From the IMG/VR virus record IMGVR_UViG_3300047476_002078, positions 248,001-312,000 of that record: a DNA stretch of 64,000 nucleotides; one strand, 5' to 3'. Under the pieces are notes generated by a model, which was not told where the DNA came from, searched no databases, and saw nothing but the letters and a program-made list of their open reading frames with translations. Position 1 is the first letter of the stretch. Each line of letters starts with the position of its first letter. Of this stretch, positions 47,118-55,558 are shown in pieces. The position numbers were made by a program, and so were the translations under genes.

Positions 47118-47635
47118 GCCAAAAGGCAGCATTAAAAATAGCCGCTCATTGGATGACTGTCGCACAACCTAATCTAAAGTGTGACGAGTTCTCATTACCT
47201 TACTATATTATATTTTCTCAACGCATTAATTCCTTATATAACAAGCTTCCATCAAAAGTGAAGAAAGTTATGTATGGGTGCAATTTACATTTGTGCTCTC
47301 AAGAAACTTTGGAAGAGTGTGCTGATAGAGAAGGAATTCTTGGTTTATGCAGACCTAAAGAAAAGTGCATTTGGTATAACATTGAAAGATTTTTGGACGG
47401 TAAAGAAGTCAATTTTGAAAAAAATCGTTTTGACAGTCTTTTTTATCATGAAATTGGGCATTACTTGACCCATTTTATGACAGAAAGAGAAAAATCTTTC
47501 TATTATAAATTATTCAATATGGAGCCAAAAACTTCAGGAGAACCTGAAGCAGATGGGTTTTCAGCTTACATGAGAGGGGTAGCTCCTTATCATGTACAAG
47601 AATTTTGGTCTTGGTATATTTTAAACGAATTGTAA
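47114..47635 (+). CDS. HExxH metallopeptidase-like protein in the head cluster
   Basis: FYHEIGHY...EADGFSAY; N-terminal LKIAA. Confidence 0.55.
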   Translation: MSQKAALKIAAHWMTVAQPNLKCDEFSLPYYIIFSQRINSLYNKLPSKVKKVMYGCNLHLCSQETLEECADREGILGLCRPKEKCIWYNIERFLDGKEVNFEKNRFDSLFYHEIGHYLTHFMTEREKSFYYKLFNMEPKTSGEPEADGFSAYMRGVAPYHVQEFWSWYILNEL

Positions 47636-47671
47636 TTATTTAATGATTTTTTATGTTTAGAAGGTTTTATT

Positions 47672-48394
47672 ATGAAAAAAGATATTGCAGAAAAAATTTT
47701 TAAAAAAATGGCTTATGAAAGTGGTGCAGACTATTTTCATAAACATAAAATTTTAGACTCTGGTGACAAACGTGAAGAAAGAGAGCCTTACACAAACCCT
47801 TCTCACGTAAGCGATGATGATCTTTTAGTAATAGCAAAACACGCCTCTACTATATTGGATAAAGAGCTAATGAATTATAATGTAGAGGTTGCCAAGCAAT
47901 CTGCCGTAGAAGTGGCTATTAAAACATTAGCAGACGGTAAGTATGACGGTAAGATTAATTCGGTAAACTATTTTAAAATTTTAAATTTAATGAATCAGTC
48001 AAAAACTGGAGGAGTAAACATGAAACGTACTGCAAAGTATTATACTGACAGACTTGATAAGATTGCAAACGAAATTCGCAATCTTGTAGCTGAAGGTAAA
48101 CTGGAAGCAAAAGTAGGATTTAATCTTGAATATGCCCTAGACCAAGTGTCAGATGAGCTTGAAGTTCAAGCAAAACAGGCAAAAGCCCTAGAGCACGACA
48201 AAGATGAAAAATACATGAAAGATTTCGGTCAAGACCCTGCAACTCATGAGCAAGATAAAGACGAAGACTATATGAAAGAATTTCATAACTTTGGTCAAAA
48301 TGTAATGTCTGAAGCTCACGATAAAGGTGAGTTCGACCCAAATAAAAAAGCAAGCAGGCTTGACGCTAAAAAACTTGCTGCAAGAAGAAAGTAA
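47672..48394 (+). CDS. Putative internal head protein with an in-frame internal start at 48020
   Basis: Many K-x-A motifs; GGAGGAG RBS before the internal ATG 48020. Confidence 0.6.
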   Translation: MKKDIAEKIFKKMAYESGADYFHKHKILDSGDKREEREPYTNPSHVSDDDLLVIAKHASTILDKELMNYNVEVAKQSAVEVAIKTLADGKYDGKINSVNYFKILNLMNQSKTGGVNMKRTAKYYTDRLDKIANEIRNLVAEGKLEAKVGFNLEYALDQVSDELEVQAKQAKALEHDKDEKYMKDFGQDPATHEQDKDEDYMKEFHNFGQNVMSEAHDKGEFDPNKKASRLDAKKLAARRK

Positions 48395-48413
48395 TAATTT
48401 TAGGGAGAGTGCT

Positions 48414-48932
48414 GTGAGCAAATCTAAAAAATCTTCAGTAGCTCTTTTTCCTTTCCAGACTTCAGTTTTAGATTATAAAATTGGAGATCATGTAAAGAAA
48501 TTGACTCGAAACAACGAAAGTCAGATTGTTGGTATAGTGACTCACATTTTACCAAAATCTTGCAAAATTAGAGTTCAGTGGACTTACGGAAATGAATTAG
48601 AGTCGCCTGAAGAAATCTACAAAGTTTCGCCAACTCTTTATCCAACTAGCGTAGGATTTGATACTTCTTATGACAGTTGGGAGAACAGAGACAGTGAAAA
48701 AAATTACGGCACTTCTCTCCCTAAAAGACCAAAAAAATATTTAGAGTCTTTAGCTGATAAGATAGCATCAAAACATGTCAACGCTACTTCAATTTTAGTT
48801 GAAAACATACTTAGTATGAAAAAAGCTAATCTGAACGAACTACAATGTTATTTAAAGATGAGTAGTAAGTATGCCAAGAGTGTTGGAGATAGCTTACTAA
48901 AAGAATTGGTTTTATCTGTTTATGAAGAATAA
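48414..48932 (+). CDS. Putative head-associated protein
   Basis: GGGAG RBS before GTG 48414; IGD.V.......G.V.........VQW.YG. Confidence 0.55.
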   Translation: MSKSKKSSVALFPFQTSVLDYKIGDHVKKLTRNNESQIVGIVTHILPKSCKIRVQWTYGNELESPEEIYKVSPTLYPTSVGFDTSYDSWENRDSEKNYGTSLPKRPKKYLESLADKIASKHVNATSILVENILSMKKANLNELQCYLKMSSKYAKSVGDSLLKELVLSVYEE

Positions 48933-49692
48933 AATTGCTATTGATTTAAACAAAGTAACTAACTCTTTGGATGCTAGATTCAAGTGTGAATTATTAGAAG
49001 ACAATCTTCTTTGTATCGAAAATAAATTTGGCTTACCAAAACATATTTATGTAAATGATAAGGGCGAGATTTGGACAAGTAGTGCTGACGTACTGGTAGA
49101 TTCAAAAAATGTTGGCGATGTTGTGAAAACAGTTCGTAACCTAGCTGCTTCTAAACAAGAATTGGTCTTCAAGGTAAGCGATTTATTCAAATTAGTCGTT
49201 CCTCCTGACTGTTCGCTACCTGAACCAGAACTATTAGAAGACGAAGTTTTTGAAGTCGGTAATGACCTTGCTTCTGACATTTTGAAAGAGCCTGAAATTT
49301 TAGCACTTAACCTACCTCAAGAAGATGAAAATGAAGTAGTAGTAATGGTTTTTGATTCTATTGCTGACGATAAAATCCAATCTTTTGAGGAAATGGAAAG
49401 CTTCATAGCTCCAAAATTGGCTTCTTTTTTAAATGATACTTTTGAAAATATGAAATTTATTAATATTGGAAACGGTTTAGTTGAAATTGTTTTTGATTCT
49501 AAATTAGCTTCAAATGTATCAAAAGATCAATTTTGTGATTTTCTTAAAGTAGCTTTTCAAGATGTAGATTTTTTTAATTTTTACTCAAGTTGCGTAAAAG
49601 ATTTTTCAAAAAAGATTTCTTCTGATTTACCTGATTATTTTAAAATAAGAAATGAAGTCATAAATGAAGTGCTGGAGCAAATAAATGGATAA
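48922..49692 (+). CDS. Putative head-associated protein
   Basis: Repeated KLAS/KIA/KVA motifs. Confidence 0.55.
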   Translation: MKNKIAIDLNKVTNSLDARFKCELLEDNLLCIENKFGLPKHIYVNDKGEIWTSSADVLVDSKNVGDVVKTVRNLAASKQELVFKVSDLFKLVVPPDCSLPEPELLEDEVFEVGNDLASDILKEPEILALNLPQEDENEVVVMVFDSIADDKIQSFEEMESFIAPKLASFLNDTFENMKFINIGNGLVEIVFDSKLASNVSKDQFCDFLKVAFQDVDFFNFYSSCVKDFSKKISSDLPDYFKIRNEVINEVLEQING

Positions 49693-50038
49693 GAAAAAAG
49701 CTCAAAAGATAGCTAATAATATCATGCAAAAGAAAGCTTACATGGTTCTTAAAGTACCTGTTGGCTACGCACTTCTCAAAAACTCTAAAGATGTTTTACA
49801 AAAAAAGATCGGAATTCAAGTTCAGGATGAGGATTTAGAAGAAATTTTTGCAAGATTTATAGATTTAGTTATTTTTGGTCTTATGAAAGATACAGAAAAT
49901 GTAGGGACTTCTATGCCATCGGCAGATGCTTTTGTTCAAGTAGCAGAAGAAGTTTTACAAGATAATTATGACAGTGATGAAGATTTTGAAGATTCTGATT
50001 TTGACGATGATATTGAATCTGAAAACAATAGGTATTAA
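49685..50038 (+). CDS. Putative head-associated acidic protein
   Basis: KIAN/KKAY motifs; Asp-rich tail. Confidence 0.55.
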   Translation: MDKKKAQKIANNIMQKKAYMVLKVPVGYALLKNSKDVLQKKIGIQVQDEDLEEIFARFIDLVIFGLMKDTENVGTSMPSADAFVQVAEEVLQDNYDSDEDFEDSDFDDDIESENNRY

Positions 50039-51670
50039 ATGGCTTTTTTAAAATATGCAGATGCTATAGTAAGAAATCCTAATTTAGAGCCAAAAGCTTG
50101 GAACAATATGCGAGCCGCTGCAACGGCAGTCAGAGTTCCGGTTTCTTCCATACTTGAAGATTTTTCGCCAGACAAATATCTACTTACCCACGCTACAATT
50201 GTAGCTTCCGTAGATGTAGAAGATAATGATTATTATATAAAACCAGACTGCTCACAATACGTTAATCAAAATGGCGACTGTTGGGAAAGGCAGCTTTTGA
50301 TGGCTTCTTATCCAACATTTATTGGAGCTTATAATTATTTAGAGCATGTTCAAATTCCAGCTTTGTCAAAAGGCAGAATTATTGACGCTGTTGCTAGAAG
50401 TGTTTCAAATAACAATTCAGTTTATATAGATATTCTTGTAGCTACTGAAAGAAAGCACAGAGAATTAGTTGCATCAATTGAAGGTGGAAAAATTTCTACA
50501 CTTTCTATGGGGTGCTCAATCAAATATTCAATATGTTCCGCCTGCGGTAACAAAGCAGCCGATGAAACTGAATTATGTGACCATATAAGATATATGAAAA
50601 ATTCTTATTTCGTTGATGAAAACGGAGTAAAGAGGATAATTGCAGAACTTTGCGGTCATCGTGAAGAAAAAGATTCTAACGTGTTTATTGAAGCATCTTG
50701 GGTTGCTAATCCAGCCTTCAAGGGTGCTGTAATGAGAAATATTTTATTTCCAAAAGATTCTTTAGAAAGTGTAGAAGTAGCAAAGAAAATTGAAGCTTCT
50801 TACGTTCTTAAAAAAGTAGAAGAAAATAGTTTAGACGCTTATTTAAAAGCAGCTTCACTTCGTAAAGCAGTTGAAGACCCAATGGATTTCCCAAATAAAG
50901 ACGAAGAAGATTTAGTTAAACCAGAGCAAGCTCAACCAGAGCAAGCTCAACCAGAACAAGCTCAACCAGAGCAAGCTCAACCAGAACAAGCTCAACCAGA
51001 GCAAGCTCAACCAGAGCAAGCTCAACCAGAGCAAGCTCAACCAGAGCAAGCTCAACCAGAGCAAGCTCAACCAGAACAAGCTCAACCAGAGCAAGCTCAA
51101 CCAGAGCAAGCTCAACCAGAGCAAGCTCAACCAGAGCAAGCTCAACCAGAAGAAGATTCTTTTGATGGGGTTATAAATAAAGTTAAAAAAGAAATTCGCC
51201 AGCAAGTTATTGACGAACTGCAAAAAGAGTTGTCTGACTCGGTAACAACAAAAACACCGGATTTCTCAGATTCAGACAAAATGAATCAAGGTTGGAATAC
51301 TAACGATAATCTAGTGAAAGCTTTTATTGAGATATATCAACCCAAAACAGGATTTTCAAAAGCTAAATTAGCCTCAATTTTTAAAATGGTTGAAGCTTAT
51401 GAAAATAAGAAAGATATTGTTAAATTGGCTCACAGTTCTCGTGACCTTATAGATTTTTTTGAATTTGTAGATACTTTTCAATTAAATCCAAAAAGTCTCA
51501 AGAAAAGTCACTACAATATTCTTAGAAAAGCTTCTAGCGAAAATTTAAGTAGTTTTGATAGTTTTTTAAACTTTGTTGCAAGTAACGGTATTTCCGATAA
51601 TGCAGTAATTAACAGTATTTTAGCAAGGGCTAAGTTTATTCGTGAAAAATTTAAGGACGATAATCGCTGA
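50039..51670 (+). CDS. Prohead (capsid maturation) protease with Zn-ribbon insert and repeat linker
   Basis: NQNGD, LEH, LSMG, CSACGN...CDH, E.SWV.NPAF; located upstream of scaffold and capsid genes. Confidence 0.7.
   Translation: MAFLKYADAIVRNPNLEPKAWNNMRAAATAVRVPVSSILEDFSPDKYLLTHATIVASVDVEDNDYYIKPDCSQYVNQNGDCWERQLLMASYPTFIGAYNYLEHVQIPALSKGRIIDAVARSVSNNNSVYIDILVATERKHRELVASIEGGKISTLSMGCSIKYSICSACGNKAADETELCDHIRYMKNSYFVDENGVKRIIAELCGHREEKDSNVFIEASWVANPAFKGAVMRNILFPKDSLESVEVAKKIEASYVLKKVEENSLDAYLKAASLRKAVEDPMDFPNKDEEDLVKPEQAQPEQAQPEQAQPEQAQPEQAQPEQAQPEQAQPEQAQPEQAQPEQAQPEQAQPEQAQPEQAQPEQAQPEQAQPEEDSFDGVINKVKKEIRQQVIDELQKELSDSVTTKTPDFSDSDKMNQGWNTNDNLVKAFIEIYQPKTGFSKAKLASIFKMVEAYENKKDIVKLAHSSRDLIDFFEFVDTFQLNPKSLKKSHYNILRKASSENLSSFDSFLNFVASNGISDNAVINSILARAKFIREKFKDDNR
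50921..51145 (+). repeat. 15 x 15-bp tandem repeat encoding (PEQAQ)15
   Basis: ccagaRcaagctcaa; GAA variant in units 3, 5 and 11. Confidence 0.97.
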
Positions 51671-51872
51671 ATTAGAAGTCCGTTTAGAGCGGATAGCGTA
51701 CAAACCTAGATTTAAAAGACAACGTAAATTACGTGGTCCTAGAAAAACTAAAAGCCGAAAGTATTATCGCAGAAATAAGTCTGAGATAAAACGTAGAATG
51801 AAGCATTATAGGAAAAAGTTTAAGACTTTTTTGAAAAATAGAAGGAAGAAAATTCATCATAGAAGGCTATAA
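51642..51872 (+). CDS. Small, very basic (Arg/Lys-rich) protein
   Basis: RFKRQRKLRGPRKTKSRKYYRRNK... Confidence 0.65.
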   Translation: MKNLRTIIAELEVRLERIAYKPRFKRQRKLRGPRKTKSRKYYRRNKSEIKRRMKHYRKKFKTFLKNRRKKIHHRRL

Positions 51873-51880
51873 GGAATATC

Positions 51881-52156
51881 TTGAAAAAGCTCAATAGTGA
51901 TTACTTAAAAAGATTGGTTGGGAGTATAGAGGAAATAGCTGACGATTTTCTTGATTCTAATGATTTTTCTACAGGATTAAAACTTAGAAGAATTGCTTCA
52001 AATATTATGGGAAGTTTAGCGTCAACTGATCTTTTAGTAGAAAATTTAGACGTTGATGATGAAAGTAGAGAGCACATTGCTACAATAATAAAAGAAGCTG
52101 TCGCTGCAAAAAGAGCTTCTAAGCAAACTAAGAAAAAAGTTAAGAATAAAGTATAA
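51881..52156 (+). CDS. Hypothetical head-cluster protein
   Basis: AAGGA RBS; RIAS/KRAS motifs. Confidence 0.55.
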   Translation: MKKLNSDYLKRLVGSIEEIADDFLDSNDFSTGLKLRRIASNIMGSLASTDLLVENLDVDDESREHIATIIKEAVAAKRASKQTKKKVKNKV

Positions 52157-52192
52157 ATAAATTTTTAAATTAATCTCTTTGGAGGAAACAAA

Positions 52193-53500
52193 ATGAGAAA
52201 CAGACTTACAAGATTAAAGAAAGCAGACCCTTTCACACTAGGACGTGAAAAAGAGAATCCACCTGTTGAAAAATATACTAACGGGGACCCTGATTCATGG
52301 GCTGAGACTCCTTACGACAAAAAACATTGGGAAGACGATAAGCGTGAAGAAACTAACCACGCTGCCGAATCAGACCACAATTTCGGTGCTTCTGTAAAAG
52401 CTTCTGTAAAAGTTGCTCGTGAACTTCGTGAAAAAGCACTTAAATGCGTTCACATTGCTTCTGCTCTTTTCCCTACAGCTTCAGAAGAAACTCTTGAAGC
52501 TCAAGGATTTGACCTTATGGAACTTTCTGATCGTTCAATCGAAGCAACACTTAAACGTATTGCTGAAATGGAAGAAATGAAAGAAGACGAAGCTCAAGAA
52601 GAAGAACAAGAAGAAGTAATGAAAGAAGCTCGTTCTCTTCTCGCAAAAGTTCGTTCTTTAATTGCTGAAGCTGAAGAAGGAGAAAAAGAAGAAGCTCTTG
52701 AAGAAGATGAAGCTTGTGAAGACGAAGAAGAAATGAATCAAGCTGAAAAAGCTGCATCTGTTCTTGTTAAAAAAGCTTCGGCTCTTGTAGCTGCCGCTGA
52801 GTATGAAGAAGAAATTGGTGCTGAAGAAGAAGCTGAAGCTAAAAAAGAAGAAGCAAAGCAAATCCTTGCTAAGGCTAAAAAAATTCTTGCAGGAGAGCTT
52901 CCACCAGCACTTAAAGAAAATGCAGAAAAGATGAAAAAACTTCATGAAGAAGGTGCAGAAGTTGATAATTCTAAACTTAATACTGAAGGTCTTGAAGAAG
53001 CAGAAATGAGTCTTGAGGAAAAGAAAGAAGCTGCCCTTCGCCACTTAGCCGCTGCTAAAAAGCTTATGGCTGAAGTTGGAGTTGAAGATAAAGAAGAAGC
53101 TCACGAAGAAGAAGCACAATCTGAAGCTATGGAAGAAGAAGTAGAATCTGAAGAAGAAGCTATGGAAGAAGAAGTAGAATCTGAAGAAGAAGCTATGGAA
53201 GACGAAGAAGAACTTTCTATGGAAGAAGTTGACATGATTCCGTCTGAAAAAGACGAAGCTCTTGAAGACCTTTTCATGTCTCCTGATATGAAAGATGCTA
53301 AAGAAGCTTATGAAGACGCTTTCGGTGGGGAAGCTCACGAAGAGAAAGAAGAAAAACAAGCTTCTAAAACAGCTTCAAAGGCTCCTAAAAAAGGTGCTAA
53401 AACTCTGAAAGGTGGATTAAAAATTAGCTCTGTAAATAGTGCTGAAGATTTATCTAACTTGTGGGACTGCCCACCAGATGTTTCTCACCTATTTAAGTAA
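52193..53500 (+). CDS. Capsid scaffold protein
   Basis: Highly acidic and helical; GGAGG RBS; DLSNLW...PDVS.LF C-terminus; precedes decoration and capsid genes. Confidence 0.7.
   Translation: MRNRLTRLKKADPFTLGREKENPPVEKYTNGDPDSWAETPYDKKHWEDDKREETNHAAESDHNFGASVKASVKVARELREKALKCVHIASALFPTASEETLEAQGFDLMELSDRSIEATLKRIAEMEEMKEDEAQEEEQEEVMKEARSLLAKVRSLIAEAEEGEKEEALEEDEACEDEEEMNQAEKAASVLVKKASALVAAAEYEEEIGAEEEAEAKKEEAKQILAKAKKILAGELPPALKENAEKMKKLHEEGAEVDNSKLNTEGLEEAEMSLEEKKEAALRHLAAAKKLMAEVGVEDKEEAHEEEAQSEAMEEEVESEEEAMEEEVESEEEAMEDEEELSMEEVDMIPSEKDEALEDLFMSPDMKDAKEAYEDAFGGEAHEEKEEKQASKTASKAPKKGAKTLKGGLKISSVNSAEDLSNLWDCPPDVSHLFK
53123..53202 (+). repeat. 33-bp tandem repeat (EAMEEEVESEE, ~2.4 copies) in the scaffold gene
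   Basis: gaagctatggaagaagaagtagaatctgaagaa repeated. Confidence 0.85.
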
Positions 53501-53525
53501 TTGATCTGATAAAGGGAGATAGCAG

Positions 53526-54056
53526 ATGCTAACATTATTGTACGTCGGTCATAGAGTAAGTTTAGGAAAGTTGAATAACGCTGCTTTTACTAAAAGTAAT
53601 GCAAGCGGAAATTTACAACTTGCCAACAACACTACTCTTCTCCCTTACAGAGACATTGCAGGAGTTCTAGGCGGTTCTGTGGCGGCAGCGGTTGGGTCAG
53701 ATATTATCGGACCTGCGGGTGCTGCCGCATCCAACGATGCTGTCGTTGGTATTTTTATGAACAACGCTGCGGGAAATCCTTTTGAAAACTCTCCAGCCGC
53801 CGCTTCAGGAATTTGTCCTTATGTAAGCGGTATGGGTGTTTATGAAGTGGATATTTTTGAAACCTGTGATGTGAGTGGTAATCCAATAGCTTTGCCACAA
53901 GTAGGGGATAAACTTTATAGCTCACAAAATGGATTGTTGACGACCGCCGCTGGATTAGCAGGAGGAACGGTTCCAAATGGTGCAACACTAATTGGGATTG
54001 TAACAAGTGCTCCAACAGGTTCCAACATGATTATGAAATTTGAATTACGTATTTAA
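53526..54056 (+). CDS. Head decoration/cement protein 1
   Basis: Gly/Ala-rich beta protein before the capsid gene; GVLGGSVA...G.F.NNA.GN.FEN. Confidence 0.65.
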   Translation: MLTLLYVGHRVSLGKLNNAAFTKSNASGNLQLANNTTLLPYRDIAGVLGGSVAAAVGSDIIGPAGAAASNDAVVGIFMNNAAGNPFENSPAAASGICPYVSGMGVYEVDIFETCDVSGNPIALPQVGDKLYSSQNGLLTTAAGLAGGTVPNGATLIGIVTSAPTGSNMIMKFELRI

Positions 54057-54112
54057 TTTTTTAACAATAACAGACTAATAAATTTTTAATTACAGTCTAG
54101 GAGGATTTAACA

Positions 54113-54562
54113 ATGGCTTTTGAACTTTTACACGCAGTAAAGCGTCCCACAGTTCTAAAACTTGGCTCTGGTGTTGACAAGACTCTTGTCGAAGCAGGGA
54201 AAGTGGCGGCTGTGAACACGTCAGGAGAATTAGTTATCGGTGCAGACAATGAAGCTGCTCCAGTAGGTATTTTCCAAGTACAGGGATACGTCCCATCTTA
54301 TCAATCTACAGGATTACTTGATTCGCAAATCAACGGAGCCGTTGGTTCCGCTGGCGGTGGAGTAACTGTATCACTTATCGCAGGTGCAGGTGCAGTTTTT
54401 AAAACTGACCAGTTCGTGTCACTTAGTTCAGCGGCTATCGGCTCTGAGCTTGTTTGTGGTGCAGGCGGTAAGTTAAAAGTTAAGGGAGTTTCTACAGCAC
54501 CAGTTGTAGGGCTACTTATTGGTAAAGATGGCGATTTAGCAATCGTACAAATGAGACTTTAA
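54113..54562 (+). CDS. Head decoration/cement protein 2
   Basis: Gly/Val-rich; PVGIF...FKTDQF...G..L.....GKL; GGAGG RBS. Confidence 0.65.
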   Translation: MAFELLHAVKRPTVLKLGSGVDKTLVEAGKVAAVNTSGELVIGADNEAAPVGIFQVQGYVPSYQSTGLLDSQINGAVGSAGGGVTVSLIAGAGAVFKTDQFVSLSSAAIGSELVCGAGGKLKVKGVSTAPVVGLLIGKDGDLAIVQMRL

Positions 54563-54636
54563 TTTTTTAACAATTATTAAGTAGGTGCTAGTGGACGAAA
54601 ATTCCACGAACGGTACTGAAAAAGGAGTTTTTAACA

Positions 54637-55506
54637 ATGAAACCAGCAGATAACGCAACAAAACAAAAAGTAATCAGCGAACTGATTAAAACCGCCGCAG
54701 GCAGAGCAAAATTAGCTGCCTCTATGGTTCAACCTCTTCGCTTCCGTCGTGATTACACTTCAATTGGACGTAAAACATTCCTAGTTGAAGCTTTACCAGA
54801 TGGAGCACTTCCAATCTACGATAAAGACCCAAAGGCTACTGCCTACATTATCGGTGAAGAAGGTGAAAACATTCTTGCTATCCAAAAGCCTAAGCGTGTT
54901 ATTTTCCCTCTTTTCGAGATTGCTTCTAACCCAGAAATTCCTCTAACGCAGATCAAAGAGCGTCGCTTCGACCTAATCGAACGTGCTCAAGACCTTGCTA
55001 AAGCTGAAATTCAAGCTGAAGAAGATGGTCGTGTATTTGAAATCATGAACGCAATCGCAGGTGCGGCTACTGACGATGGTATCACTAACCCTGATATTCC
55101 AGTTGTAGCTCCTCTAACTGCTTCTGTTATGGCTGACTCTTTTGCAGACGTTGAGCGTCACGATCTTCGTGTTGCTAAAATTTTCGCAAACGCTAAAGAC
55201 TATACAGATATTCGTAAATGGGGTCGCGACGTTCTCGACATCGAAACTCAGCAAACATTACTTAAAACAGGTCTTCTTGCATACCTTTGGGGTGCTCAAA
55301 TTCTTGTTTCTCGTCGTGTTCCAGTAAACTACGTTTATACTTGCTGTGAAGCAGAAATGTTTGGACGTATTCCTGTAAGAACTGAACTTACTGTTCTTTC
55401 TGCGGATGATCCGAAAGCAAGAACTATCGGTTTCTCAATCTTTGAAAATATCGGAATTGGTGCTCATAACCCTGCCGGTCTTTCAAGACTTGTTCTTACT
55501 CGATAA
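54637..55506 (+). CDS. Major capsid protein (HK97 fold)
   Basis: GRAKLAASMVQPLR.RRDY..IGRKTFLVE.LPDGALPIYDKD, FEIASNP.I......RRFDLIERAQ, WGAQI.VSR; strong RBS, biased codons, followed by a terminator. Confidence 0.88.
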   Translation: MKPADNATKQKVISELIKTAAGRAKLAASMVQPLRFRRDYTSIGRKTFLVEALPDGALPIYDKDPKATAYIIGEEGENILAIQKPKRVIFPLFEIASNPEIPLTQIKERRFDLIERAQDLAKAEIQAEEDGRVFEIMNAIAGAATDDGITNPDIPVVAPLTASVMADSFADVERHDLRVAKIFANAKDYTDIRKWGRDVLDIETQQTLLKTGLLAYLWGAQILVSRRVPVNYVYTCCEAEMFGRIPVRTELTVLSADDPKARTIGFSIFENIGIGAHNPAGLSRLVLTR

Positions 55507-55529
55507 TCAATTTTTTTGTGAATCTAGTG

Positions 55530-55558
55530 AAGGGCGACCAGAAATGGTCGCCCTTTTT
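55530..55558 (+). terminator. Rho-independent terminator after the capsid gene (likely bidirectional)
   Basis: aagggcgacca-gaaa-tggtcgccctt + ttt. Confidence 0.9.

Noticed and set aside
50912-51223. Minus-strand (LSLLW)n membrane-like ORF, or the repeat as a CRISPR array
   Set aside because: It is the antisense reading of the PEQAQ repeat, and there are no spacers.
52551-53359. Phe-rich minus-strand ORFs
   Set aside because: Antisense shadows of the GAA-rich scaffold gene.
20167-55528. GAATCTAGT shortly after the stops of the ssb-like gene and the capsid gene
   Set aside because: Only two intergenic copies plus one in coding sequence (~29836); compatible with chance.
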